A DNA stretch of 64,000 nucleotides from Candidatus Falkowbacteria bacterium (GCA_037137655.1 JBAXJX010000001.1:289188-353187), one strand, 5' to 3'; shown: positions 26,642-35,178, numbered from the stretch's first letter. The notes: generated by a model not told the origin, from the sequence alone. Numbers and translations are program-made.

Positions 26642-28226
26642 ATTAATTAGAATTGAAGAAGTGACTTTGGGTTTGGATGAAAATGAAGCGATTTTAAAAT
26701 CTAAAATTGCTAAAATTTTAGGCGTGCCAGAAACGGGTGTTTCGGAGTTTACGATTGTAAAAAAAACGATTGATTCGCGTAAGAAAAGTAATATCTTATT
26801 TGTTTATTCAGTGGATGTGAAATTGGATAATATTAAAAGCGTTAAAAAATTTGATGTTCGTTATCGCGCCCGAATTATCGAACCGTTTGTTTATCAAGAA
26901 AAAGTCATTGCCAAAAAAGTAAACAAAAAAATTGTGATAGTTGGTAGTGGTCCATGCGGACTATTCGCCGCTTTATTATTGGCAAAAGCTGGCTTAAAAC
27001 CATTACTTATTGAACGCGGTAAAGATGTTGAGGCGCGCGTGAAAGATGTTGATAATTTTTTTAAAACGCGGGAATTTAATCCGAATTCCAATGTCCAATT
27101 TGGCGAAGGTGGGGCTGGTACTTTTTCGGACGGTAAATTATACACACTCATAAATGATCCGCGTTCCAAATATATTTTTGGTGAATTAATTAAAGCTGGT
27201 GCGCCAGCGGAAATTGCTTATAGTGGCACACCACATATTGGCACGGATAAATTACGTGGCGTGGTAAAAAACATTCGCGCTGAAATAATTAAATTGGGCG
27301 GGGAAGTCAGATTTGAAACTTGCTTAAGTGACCTTGAAATTAAAAATAAAAAATTAAAAGCGATTATTGTTAACGGCGGTGAAAAAATCGCGGTAGATGA
27401 TTTGGTTTTGGCAACCGGCCATAGTGCGCGTGATACTTATGAGATGTTGTATAAACATGAACTTAAAATGATTCCTAAAGCTTTTGCGGTTGGTTTGCGG
27501 ATTGAGCATCAAGCCGAGATGATTAATAAATCCCAATACGGCGCTTGTTATAATAATCCAAAATTAAAAACCGCCAAATATAAATTAGTTCAACATACCG
27601 AGGGTTTTCGCTCTGTATACACTTTTTGTATGTGTCCCGGCGGCTACGTCATGGGTGCGGCCTCGGAAGAAGGTATGGTGGTAACAAACGGTATGAGTGA
27701 ATATGCCCAAAACGGCCAAAATTCCAATAGTGCCTTGTTGGTTCCAGTAACACCAGCTGATTTTGGCTCCGATCATCCTTTGGCCGGAATTGAATTTCAA
27801 CGTCATTTTGAGCGAGAAGCTTATAAAATGGCCGGCAGTGATTACTCGGCTCCAGCCCAATTGGTCAGTGATTTTTTAGCAAATCGCGCATCTTTAAAAA
27901 GTAAGAGTGTAAAGCCAAGTTATCGCCCAGGTGTAAAAATGATGTCTCTAAATGGTTGTTTACCAGATTATATTATTGAGAGTATTCGGGCAGCTTTGCC
28001 TCAAATGGACCGAAAAATTAATGGTTTTGCTCATCCGGAGGCAGTTTTAACCGGACCAGAAACTAGAAGTTCTTCACCTCTACGACTAGAAAGAAATAAG
28101 GAATGTGAATCTAATATTGCTGGAATTTATCCAGCCGGCGAAGGTGCTGGTTACGCTGGCGGAATTGTATCGTCAGCGATTGATGGTTTAACTGTGGCCG
28201 AGGCGCTAATAGCTAAGTATATATAA
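26622..28226 (+). CDS. FAD-dependent protein (COG2509-type NAD(P)/FAD-dependent oxidoreductase)
   Basis: 534 aa from ATG 26622. Dinucleotide fold VIVGSGPCGLFAALLLAKAG; GAGTFSDGKL; C-terminal GIYPAGEGAGYAGGI. Confidence 0.8.
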   Translation: MNLEKNKLIRIEEVTLGLDENEAILKSKIAKILGVPETGVSEFTIVKKTIDSRKKSNILFVYSVDVKLDNIKSVKKFDVRYRARIIEPFVYQEKVIAKKVNKKIVIVGSGPCGLFAALLLAKAGLKPLLIERGKDVEARVKDVDNFFKTREFNPNSNVQFGEGGAGTFSDGKLYTLINDPRSKYIFGELIKAGAPAEIAYSGTPHIGTDKLRGVVKNIRAEIIKLGGEVRFETCLSDLEIKNKKLKAIIVNGGEKIAVDDLVLATGHSARDTYEMLYKHELKMIPKAFAVGLRIEHQAEMINKSQYGACYNNPKLKTAKYKLVQHTEGFRSVYTFCMCPGGYVMGAASEEGMVVTNGMSEYAQNGQNSNSALLVPVTPADFGSDHPLAGIEFQRHFEREAYKMAGSDYSAPAQLVSDFLANRASLKSKSVKPSYRPGVKMMSLNGCLPDYIIESIRAALPQMDRKINGFAHPEAVLTGPETRSSSPLRLERNKECESNIAGIYPAGEGAGYAGGIVSSAIDGLTVAEALIAKYI

Positions 28227-28227
28227 T

Positions 28228-28806
28228 ATGATCTATACTCCAAAAATTCAAAGAGCAATTAAATTTGCCGCTAAAACCCATAATCACTATCAACAACAAA
28301 CCCGGAAAGGTAAGTTGATTCCATATATCGCTCATCCACTGACTGTTGGTATTATTTTGGCGCTCTCTGGCGCCTCGGAAGACGTGGTGGTAGCTGGAAT
28401 ATTGCATGACACTATCGAAGATAGTGTTAGTGCTAAAAAGGTTAGCTTTGAAATGTTGGCGGAAAGATTTGGTGATAACGTGGCACAATTAGTGTTGAGT
28501 GTGACTGAACAAGATAAAGATTTGAATTGGGAAGAGCGTAAAAAACTAGCCTTGGATCACATTAGTCATTTTTCCAACGAAGCATTATTGGTGAAGTCAG
28601 CTGATGTTGTTAGTAATATGTCGGAGTTAGTGGATGACTACGCCCGCTATGGTGATGAAATTTTTGCTCGTTTTAACGCGCCCAAGGAAAAAATTATTGA
28701 AAATCAATTAAAAGTTATAAGTGCTATAATTAATGTTTGGAGTGATAATCCGCTTAAAGATGATTTATTATTACTGCTTAATAATTTGGGTGATTTAAAT
28801 AAATAA
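28228..28806 (+). CDS. HD-domain hydrolase (RelA/SpoT-type HD, small alarmone hydrolase-like)
   Basis: 192 aa. YIAHPLTVGIILA...AGILHDTIEDS is the HD motif arrangement. Confidence 0.75.
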   Translation: MIYTPKIQRAIKFAAKTHNHYQQQTRKGKLIPYIAHPLTVGIILALSGASEDVVVAGILHDTIEDSVSAKKVSFEMLAERFGDNVAQLVLSVTEQDKDLNWEERKKLALDHISHFSNEALLVKSADVVSNMSELVDDYARYGDEIFARFNAPKEKIIENQLKVISAIINVWSDNPLKDDLLLLLNNLGDLNK

Positions 28807-28819
28807 TAAAAAATATAAC

Positions 28820-29785
28820 ATGTTTTATCCGCTGGAATTATTTGCGAATTGGTTAGTCTATTATGTTTTAGATATTGCGCCCCAAACCTTGCTGGGTAAT
28901 ACTTTAACTTTTTTTGTAGCTGATATTTTAAAAATATTTATTTTGTTGTTCGTTATAATATTTATTGTTTCTTTTATTCGCACTTATTTGCCGGCAAAAA
29001 AAGTTCGTTTCTTTTTAGCTAGTAAAAATAAGTTAACCGGCCATACTCTTGCCGCCTTATTAGGTATTATAACGCCTTTTTGTTCTTGTTCAGCCATTCC
29101 ATTATTTTTGGGTTTTGTTGAAGCCGGAGTACCTCTGGGAGTAACTTTTTCTTTTCTGATTTCTTCACCCATGATTAATGAGGTGGCTTTGGTTTTACTT
29201 TTTGGTTTATTCGGCTGGAAGATAGCGTTATTATATGTTGTAAGTGGTTTAATTATTGCAATTATTTCTGGGTTGATTATTGGTCGTATGAAAGTGGAAA
29301 GTTTAATCGCTGACTTTGTTTGGAAGAATAAAGCGGAGGATGATTTGGTGGAACTGGAAAAAAGAACTATAAAAGAACGAATGATTTATGCTAGTGATTA
29401 TACTTTGAGTATAGTTGATAAGGTTTGGCCCTATATTTTTATCGGAGTGGGGTTGGGCGCCTGGATTCATGGCTACGTGCCAGCTGATTTTTTAGCGGCT
29501 TATGCTGGGGCGGATAAATGGTACGCTGTGCCATTGGCCACGTTAATTGGTATCCCGCTTTATTCTAATGCGGCTGGAATTATACCATTGGTTAGCGTTT
29601 TAACGGAAAAAGGTGTGGCTATGGGTACAACCTTATCTTTTATGATGGCGGTGACCGCACTGTCATTGCCGGAGTTTATGATTTTAAAAAAAATCATGAA
29701 AACTAAATTAATCATTATTTTTGCCACTGTGGTTGGAATTGGAATTATACTAACTGGTTATTTGTTTAATTTGGTTTTAAAATAA
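28820..29785 (+). CDS. Permease (COG0701/ArsP-like family)
   Basis: 321 aa polytopic protein. Conserved PFCSCSAIPLF motif and two-fold internal symmetry. Confidence 0.7.
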   Translation: MFYPLELFANWLVYYVLDIAPQTLLGNTLTFFVADILKIFILLFVIIFIVSFIRTYLPAKKVRFFLASKNKLTGHTLAALLGIITPFCSCSAIPLFLGFVEAGVPLGVTFSFLISSPMINEVALVLLFGLFGWKIALLYVVSGLIIAIISGLIIGRMKVESLIADFVWKNKAEDDLVELEKRTIKERMIYASDYTLSIVDKVWPYIFIGVGLGAWIHGYVPADFLAAYAGADKWYAVPLATLIGIPLYSNAAGIIPLVSVLTEKGVAMGTTLSFMMAVTALSLPEFMILKKIMKTKLIIIFATVVGIGIILTGYLFNLVLK

Positions 29786-29844
29786 GATAAAAGTAGGCGT
29801 GAAATTATTTTATAATAAATATAAAGTATTAATTAAATAACATT

Positions 29845-31050
29845 ATGAATGAAGCAGAATTAATTGCTAAGCTAAAAAAACAAGAGTCGGCCATGCTAAA
29901 TGTAATGGATGATATTGAACTGGAAAAGAAGAAGGTGGAGGATTTGGCGGCTGATTTGGAAAAATTTAAATTGGCTGTGGCCAACGCAGCAGAACATATG
30001 GTTATTACCGATCCTGATGGTATTATTTTATACATGAATCATGCCGCTGAGAATATTACTGGTTATTCAATTGGAGAATCGCTTGGTAAGAAGGCCGGCT
30101 CTAAAGATTTGTGGGGCGGCTTAATGCCATTGGAATTTTATGTCACCATGTGGGATACTTTAAAAAAACAAAAAAAAGTTTTTGCCGGTGAGATAAAAAA
30201 TAGAAGAAAGAGTGGTGAATTATATGATGCTTATGCGATGGTGGCGCCTATTATTAAAAATGGTGCAGTTAGTTTCTTTATTGGAATTGAGCGTGATATT
30301 ACGGCGGAAAAAAATATTGATCGAGTTAAAACCGAATTCGTTTCATTGGCTTCACATCAATTACGCACTCCGATTGGAACCGCCAATTGGTATACCGAAA
30401 TGTTGTTAAACGGTGATGCTGGTGTCTTAAGCGATGCACAACGAGAGATGTTAGAGGAAGTTCATGCGGAGAATAAATTAATGATGGAGCTTGTAGAGTC
30501 ATTGTTAAATGTTTCACGGATGGATCTTGGTACTTTTGTGGTTGAGTCAAAACCGACTAATATGACGGAATTATGGCAATCGGTTGTTAAAGAGCAAGCT
30601 CAAACTTTAACACAGAAAAAACAAAATTTAGAACAACAAATTGCTTCAGATATTCCAGCGATCTCCGTTGATCCTAAGTTGTGGCGAATGGTATTTCAAA
30701 ATTTATTGTCCAATGCCATTAAATACACCCCGGAGAGTGGCGCGATTAAAGTATCTATGGAAATCGGTAAAGCTAAAACTAGTTTTAATGAAGTAGTGTT
30801 AGAACAAGATTCTTTGTGTTTTGCAATTAGTGATACTGGTTATGGCATTCCTAAAGAACAACAAGATAAAATATTCGGTAAATTATTCCGCGCCAACAAT
30901 GTTAAAGAGAAAGACATTGAAGGTACCGGTCTTGGTCTTTATATTGTAAAATCGGTTATTGAAACCTCGGGTGGTAGTATTAGCTTTGTATCAGTGATAA
31001 ATCAGGGAACATCATTTTATATAATTTTGCCCCTAGTGGCTAAAAAATAA
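29845..31050 (+). CDS. Cytoplasmic PAS-domain sensor histidine kinase
   Basis: 401 aa. Coiled coil plus PAS (VITDPDGIILYMNHAAENITGY), H-box SLASHQLRTPIGT, N-box QNLLSNAIKYTP, G boxes ISDTGYGIP and GTGLGLYIV. No TM segment. Confidence 0.9.
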   Translation: MNEAELIAKLKKQESAMLNVMDDIELEKKKVEDLAADLEKFKLAVANAAEHMVITDPDGIILYMNHAAENITGYSIGESLGKKAGSKDLWGGLMPLEFYVTMWDTLKKQKKVFAGEIKNRRKSGELYDAYAMVAPIIKNGAVSFFIGIERDITAEKNIDRVKTEFVSLASHQLRTPIGTANWYTEMLLNGDAGVLSDAQREMLEEVHAENKLMMELVESLLNVSRMDLGTFVVESKPTNMTELWQSVVKEQAQTLTQKKQNLEQQIASDIPAISVDPKLWRMVFQNLLSNAIKYTPESGAIKVSMEIGKAKTSFNEVVLEQDSLCFAISDTGYGIPKEQQDKIFGKLFRANNVKEKDIEGTGLGLYIVKSVIETSGGSISFVSVINQGTSFYIILPLVAKK

Positions 31051-31060
31051 ATTCATTATT

Positions 31061-31753
31061 ATGCCGCAAAAAAATGCCTGGGAAAGAGAATATCAACAAC
31101 AACTACTTGTTAGTAAAGATGAGCGACCACAAAACTTTTTAGTGCAATTTCTCAAATATCTAAAAAAAGATAAAAAATTAGCCATGACCGATTTGCAGGT
31201 TTTGGATTTGGGTTGTGGCACGGGGCGTAACACTAATTATTTAGCTGAGCGGGGAAATAATGTGGTGGGAATTGATATTGCCGCTAACGCTTTAAGGACT
31301 GGTGAAATGCGCGTTAAGAAATTGGAATTAGAGTCATCAGTTAACTATATTAATCAAAGCATTGGAGCGCCGTTACCATTCGCTGATAATTATTTTGATT
31401 TAATTTTGGATATCACTTCCTCTAATTCACTTAAAGAGTCGGAGCGGGAAATTTATTTAAAGGAATGTCATCGCGTTTTAAAACCAGGTGGCTTTATTAT
31501 TTTGCGCGCCTTATGCAAGGACGGTGATAAAAATGCCAAGAAGCTCTTAGAACTAAGCCCGGGAAAGGAATATGATACTTATTTTATGAAAGAGTTGGGT
31601 CTTGTTGAGCGGGTTTTCAGCGAGAAAGATTTACGGGATTTGTATGGGCGTTATTTTAATTTTGATAAATTAACTAAAGATATTGGCTATCCAAAAGTTG
31701 GTGGCCGAGTTTACACGCGAAGATATTGGTTGGCGATTTTAACGAAGAAATAA
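31061..31753 (+). CDS. Class I SAM-dependent methyltransferase
   Basis: 230 aa. Motif I VLDLGCGTGRN; post-I VVGIDIA. Confidence 0.85.
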   Translation: MPQKNAWEREYQQQLLVSKDERPQNFLVQFLKYLKKDKKLAMTDLQVLDLGCGTGRNTNYLAERGNNVVGIDIAANALRTGEMRVKKLELESSVNYINQSIGAPLPFADNYFDLILDITSSNSLKESEREIYLKECHRVLKPGGFIILRALCKDGDKNAKKLLELSPGKEYDTYFMKELGLVERVFSEKDLRDLYGRYFNFDKLTKDIGYPKVGGRVYTRRYWLAILTKK

Positions 31754-31754
31754 C

Positions 31755-32582
31755 ATGATAAAAAAAATCTTAATTATTGTTGCTGTGCTTTTGGGCTTAG
31801 CGGGTTTATCGATTTTAGTTTTAACACCAAAATCTGTTCCGGTTGGTAACAGTCTTAATATTGTTGATGTTAGACATGTTGATGTGCCAGTAGTTAAAAG
31901 CGAAATTAGTTTACCGCCAAAAACTCCGACGGCTGTGCCTGTTAAAGCACTGCCTATAGCAAGTAGTACAACCCCAAGTTCAACTCCACCATTCAAGAAG
32001 GATCTTATTAAATTAGATGTTCCATTTACAACTCAATCACCGTTTGCGCAGTGGTCAGATTTACGCCAGGAGAATGCCTGTGAGGAGTCTGCGGCTATTA
32101 TGGCGGTGTATTGGGCTAAAGGGAAAATATTTACGGCCCAAGAGGCGCGAGACATGATTGTGGCGATATCTGATTGGGAAAAGAAAAATTATGGTAGCTT
32201 TGAAGATACCTCCGCTAAAGATACGGTGGATAGAATTTTTAAGAAGTATTTTAATTATCAAAAAGTGGCAGTGGTTAATAATATAAAACTTGAGGATATA
32301 ATTACTGAACTGGAGAAGGGTAATTTAGTGATTACTCCAATGGATGGGCAAAAATTAGGCAATCCATTTTTTACACCGCCTGGACCAGTGACGCACATGT
32401 TGGTTATTATTGGTTATGATTATAAAACTAAAGAGTTTATTGTTAATGAATCTGGCACCAAAAGAGGGAAGGCTTATCGTTATGACCGGGATGTTTTATT
32501 TGCGGCAATTCGGGATTACCCAACTGGTAATCATGAGCCGATTGTGGGAATTAAAAAGAATATGATTGTAGTTAGAAAATAA
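31755..32582 (+). CDS. Membrane-anchored C39-like (Peptidase_C39_2-type) cysteine peptidase domain protein
   Basis: 275 aa. N-terminal TM, Pro/Thr-rich linker, LDVPFTTQSP...ENACEESAAIM (candidate Cys) and THMLVIIGYD (candidate His). Confidence 0.7.
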   Translation: MIKKILIIVAVLLGLAGLSILVLTPKSVPVGNSLNIVDVRHVDVPVVKSEISLPPKTPTAVPVKALPIASSTTPSSTPPFKKDLIKLDVPFTTQSPFAQWSDLRQENACEESAAIMAVYWAKGKIFTAQEARDMIVAISDWEKKNYGSFEDTSAKDTVDRIFKKYFNYQKVAVVNNIKLEDIITELEKGNLVITPMDGQKLGNPFFTPPGPVTHMLVIIGYDYKTKEFIVNESGTKRGKAYRYDRDVLFAAIRDYPTGNHEPIVGIKKNMIVVRK

Positions 32583-32589
32583 GGTGTAT

Positions 32590-32671
32590 ATTGACAAATA
32601 GCATTATTTATGATATAATAATTTACAGTTAAATAAATAGTAATCGAACATTAAAAATCATATAATCATGG
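32590..32671 (+). repeat. Duplicated promoter plus 48-nt leader, copy 1
   Basis: 66/82 ungapped identity with 33296-33377 (hand count), including TTGACA, the -10 and taatcgaacattaaaaat. Confidence 0.8.
32591..32619 (+). promoter_or_regulatory. Consensus sigma70 promoter TTGACA-N17-TATAAT
   Basis: ttgaca 32591-32596; tataat 32614-32619. Confidence 0.75.
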
Positions 32672-33240
32672 AAGTAAATGTAATTGGCAAAATTGTTCCA
32701 AGTGAATTATTTGCAAGCGCTCACGAAGACGAGGCTTTAGTTAATAGAAATGATCCTCGTAATAATTTTGTTCCGGTTGAGGATGTGGTTGGCAGTGATG
32801 AAAGCGATATCATTGAATATATTTCAACGCGTGAAAGACTTATGAATCGCCTTAAAAACAATACCAGAAATCGCGATCATAAAATAAATCGTAAAACCAG
32901 TTCAAATCTTGATTGCCAAATTATGGTAATGAGTAAAGATAGCGATGAAATTGGTGTTGAATGTCAACATTTTATTGGTGCAGCTTCAATTGTTAATGGT
33001 GAGGTTGTTTATTCAGAAAATATCGCCGTTGATATTAAAGAGGAACTTCGTGTTTACATGGCGCCAGAGAGAATTGGAATTAATAAATCTCATTGTAATG
33101 CAGGCAAACACTTAACCGATATAATTGGTTTAAAGCGTTTCTTTAAAAATTCTGACAAAGAAAACCTCAAGACAATGCCCATAGCCAAATTACAAAGATT
33201 ATCACGCGCTGAACTCCGTGAGTATCGTGGTAAATTCTAA
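32668..33240 (+). CDS. Hypothetical protein (paralog family with ORF 33374-33673)
   Basis: 190 aa. Has its own consensus promoter and terminator. Shares DIIEY and CxxFIGAAS blocks with the next ORF. Confidence 0.65.
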   Translation: MEVNVIGKIVPSELFASAHEDEALVNRNDPRNNFVPVEDVVGSDESDIIEYISTRERLMNRLKNNTRNRDHKINRKTSSNLDCQIMVMSKDSDEIGVECQHFIGAASIVNGEVVYSENIAVDIKEELRVYMAPERIGINKSHCNAGKHLTDIIGLKRFFKNSDKENLKTMPIAKLQRLSRAELREYRGKF

Positions 33241-33255
33241 AACAAAAAAATCGAT

Positions 33256-33286
33256 TAGACAGGCCTTAAAAACCTGTCTTTTTTTA
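33256..33286 (+). terminator. Rho-independent terminator
   Basis: agacagg ... cctgtct followed by tttttt. Confidence 0.75.
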
Positions 33287-33295
33287 TGATTCATC

Positions 33296-33377
33296 ATTGA
33301 CAACACGCTATCTTCATGATACAATTATTTACAGTTAATTGAATTCTAATCGAACATTAAAAATTATATAGTTATGG
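33296..33377 (+). repeat. Duplicated promoter plus 48-nt leader, copy 2
   Basis: See copy 1; offset of 706 bp. Confidence 0.8.
33297..33325 (+). promoter_or_regulatory. Sigma70 promoter TTGACA-N17-TACAAT
   Basis: ttgaca 33297-33302; tacaat 33320-33325. Confidence 0.75.
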
Positions 33378-33673
33378 TAGCAAAGGAAAGCGATCTTCCC
33401 GAGGAAGATGAAGTGATAATTGTTCAAGATTATCCAAATAAAAAAAAGGTTTCAGCTGAAGAAGTGGTGGATGATAGTATTGATATTATTGAGTACGTCG
33501 AAGAGGCATTACAAATAAAAAGACTAAGACGCCTCCGTATCGAAAACTTAAAATCAAGAGGATTGGTATTACCAGAAACGGTTGAAGCTGATTGTTTTAT
33601 TGGCGCCGCTTCAGTCTTTTCAGATTTTATCGTAGTTCCAAAATGGAATGCAATCTGTAATCTGGCATTATAA
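33374..33673 (+). CDS. Hypothetical protein, short/truncated paralog of ORF 32668-33240
   Basis: 99 aa. SAEEVVDDSIDIIEYV and ADCFIGAASVF align with the 190-aa paralog. It diverges and stops soon after the FIGAAS block, so it may be a decaying copy. Confidence 0.45.
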   Translation: MVAKESDLPEEDEVIIVQDYPNKKKVSAEEVVDDSIDIIEYVEEALQIKRLRRLRIENLKSRGLVLPETVEADCFIGAASVFSDFIVVPKWNAICNLAL

Positions 33674-33703
33674 TAATTTTCGTAAATCAAGTGTTAATCT
33701 AAA

Positions 33704-34069
33704 ATGGAAATAATGGAAAAGAAAATAATTGTTAATGGTAAAGAGTTGGAGTATCACGGTCAACCGCTACAAGCCTTTGTGTTTGATGGTGAAGCTTGGG
33801 GTGGTCGCAGTAATTTTATCGAAGAAGGTGTGTCCGGAAAAAACATTAGTTGTTTACGAGATACCTCTAATTGTTTTTGGTGGATAAAAAATTGGATTTT
33901 ATTGGAAGGTGATAAATACGGTTATGTTTTGGATTATTACAATCAAGTTGTGTATTATGACAAAATTGAAGCCCTTGATTACCTCCAAAAAGACTATTTT
34001 TTAGTTCATGGTTTAAATGATTATTTCGTGGAATTTATCCAAAAAGATTTTTTGGAGCCAGCTGCCTAA
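33704..34069 (+). CDS. Hypothetical protein
   Basis: 121 aa, aromatic-rich, no recognisable motif. Follows ORF 33374 with no terminator in between. Confidence 0.55.
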   Translation: MEIMEKKIIVNGKELEYHGQPLQAFVFDGEAWGGRSNFIEEGVSGKNISCLRDTSNCFWWIKNWILLEGDKYGYVLDYYNQVVYYDKIEALDYLQKDYFLVHGLNDYFVEFIQKDFLEPAA

Positions 34070-34087
34070 AAAACAGAAAAACAGTCC

Positions 34088-34125
34088 AAGAGTATCGCCA
34101 AATTACGGTGATACTCTTTTTATTT
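34088..34125 (+). terminator. Rho-independent terminator
   Basis: aagagtatcgcc / ggtgatactctt 12-bp stem (one G.U), followed by a T-run. Confidence 0.8.
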
Positions 34126-34134
34126 GCCAGCTTA

Positions 34135-34163
34135 TTGATTTTATTTTAGTTATGCGTTAGTAT
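34135..34163 (+). promoter_or_regulatory. Sigma70-type promoter TTGATT-N17-TAGTAT
   Basis: ttgatt 34135-34140; tagtat 34158-34163; precedes the small ORF at 34192. Confidence 0.55.
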
Positions 34164-34191
34164 GGATATTATTCATTATTAAACAATTTAT

Positions 34192-34320
34192 ATGGCCAAA
34201 AGAACTACTGGGGTTGGTAAACCTCACAAAACCCACTCTCATAAAACTGCTAAGCGTTTAGAGATCAAGAAACAAATGCTTGAAGCTAAAGCTGCTAAAA
34301 GAGGTAATAAAATCAAATAA
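34192..34320 (+). CDS. Small, very basic 42-aa protein (below the ORF-track cutoff)
   Basis: MAKRTTGVGKPHKTHSHKTAKRLEIKKQMLEAKAAKRGNKIK. Own promoter; ends 15 nt before the next gene and shares its terminator. Confidence 0.4.
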   Translation: MAKRTTGVGKPHKTHSHKTAKRLEIKKQMLEAKAAKRGNKIK

Positions 34321-34335
34321 AGTCCTCTTTATTTT

Positions 34336-34668
34336 ATGGATAACCTCAAAAATGTTTGCGCCGTTTGTCATCAACCAATTTTGGAGTCTTATTATTTTTG
34401 CCCAAACTGTGGAGCTAATTTAAGAGAGAAAACTGCACCAGTTTCGGTTATTATGCAAATCGGTCTTTATGCTTTAGCAGTTTTTGTGCCACCACTAGGT
34501 TTTGTGCCAGGTGTTAAGTATATGATGAAAAAAACGACACAAGCTAAGCGTGTTGGATTAATTACAGTTTTACTAACCACAATCTCAACCGTCCTAACAA
34601 TTTGGGCTATCTTTGCTTTTCTAAATAAATATTTAAGTGAAATAAGTGGTCTTGGTTTAGGTTTGTAG
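34336..34668 (+). CDS. Zinc-ribbon membrane protein
   Basis: 110 aa. CAVCHQP...FCPNCGA zinc ribbon, then two TM helices. Confidence 0.7.
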   Translation: MDNLKNVCAVCHQPILESYYFCPNCGANLREKTAPVSVIMQIGLYALAVFVPPLGFVPGVKYMMKKTTQAKRVGLITVLLTTISTVLTIWAIFAFLNKYLSEISGLGLGL

Positions 34669-34676
34669 TAAAATAC

Positions 34677-34712
34677 AAAAAAAACAACCTCAGAGATTGA
34701 GGTTGTTTTTTG
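34677..34712. terminator. Bidirectional terminator between convergent genes
   Basis: aacaacctc agagatt gaggttgtt flanked by an A-run and a T-run. Confidence 0.85.
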
Positions 34713-34728
34713 TTTGGTGTAGTTTTTA

Positions 34729-35136
34729 TTATTTAGTAGAAGTGGCGTTGGTAGCTGGAGTTGGTGTTGGTGCTACAACTTGGCTATTAGCTGGGATGTA
34801 GTTACGATTCATCATTTGGCGACCGCCGAAGTTTTTTTCAAAATTTCCTTCATTGTGATTATTTCTGGCACCCATGTGAAATCCGATTGAGAAGATGGCG
34901 ACAATGATAGCTATTTTTACTAAAATTTTTAAAGCACCACCGTGACAACAACATTTAGATTTCGCACTTGAACAACAATCTTTTTCACTTGAACAACATG
35001 ATTTTTCTTCAGAACAACAATCTTTTTCACTTGAACAACATGATTTTTCTTCAGAACAACAATCTTTTTCACTGCTCATTTCTTTGTCGTCATGTGAACA
35101 ACAAGTGTGTTCATTTTTGTCTTTTTGTTCTTCCAT
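34729..35136 (-). CDS. Cys-Cys heptad-repeat membrane protein (putative metal/thiol-binding)
   Basis: 135 aa. N-terminal cytoplasmic tract with seven vicinal-Cys clusters in (E/S)EK(D/S)CCS(E/S) heptads, one TM (ILVKIAIIVAIFSIGF), and a short Pro/Thr-rich tail. Confidence 0.75.
   Translation of the reverse strand: MEEQKDKNEHTCCSHDDKEMSSEKDCCSEEKSCCSSEKDCCSEEKSCCSSEKDCCSSAKSKCCCHGGALKILVKIAIIVAIFSIGFHMGARNNHNEGNFEKNFGGRQMMNRNYIPANSQVVAPTPTPATNATSTK
34965..35074 (-). repeat. In-frame 21/42-bp tandem repeat inside the Cys-rich gene
   Basis: The 42-bp unit cacttgaacaacatgatttttcttcagaacaacaatcttttt is repeated exactly twice (34986-35069) and preceded by a 21-bp half unit. Encodes the CC heptads. 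Confidence 0.9.
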
Positions 35137-35163
35137 ATCCTATTTTTGTTTAATTTGTAAGTA

Positions 35164-35178
35164 ATAACCAGTGGTTAT
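35164..35178. promoter_or_regulatory. Perfect 7-1-7 palindrome ATAACCAgTGGTTAT (candidate operator)
   Basis: Lies just downstream of the minus-strand extended -10 (tgatataat, plus-strand 35189-35197). A TGGTTAT half-site recurs at 35222-35228, next to the plus-strand -35. Confidence 0.45.

Noticed and set aside
34965-35074. Regularly spaced direct repeats that could be mistaken for a small CRISPR array
   Set aside because: The repeats are contiguous with no unique spacers and have 21/42-bp in-frame periodicity inside a CDS. No cas genes are present, and no CRISPR array occurs anywhere in the window.
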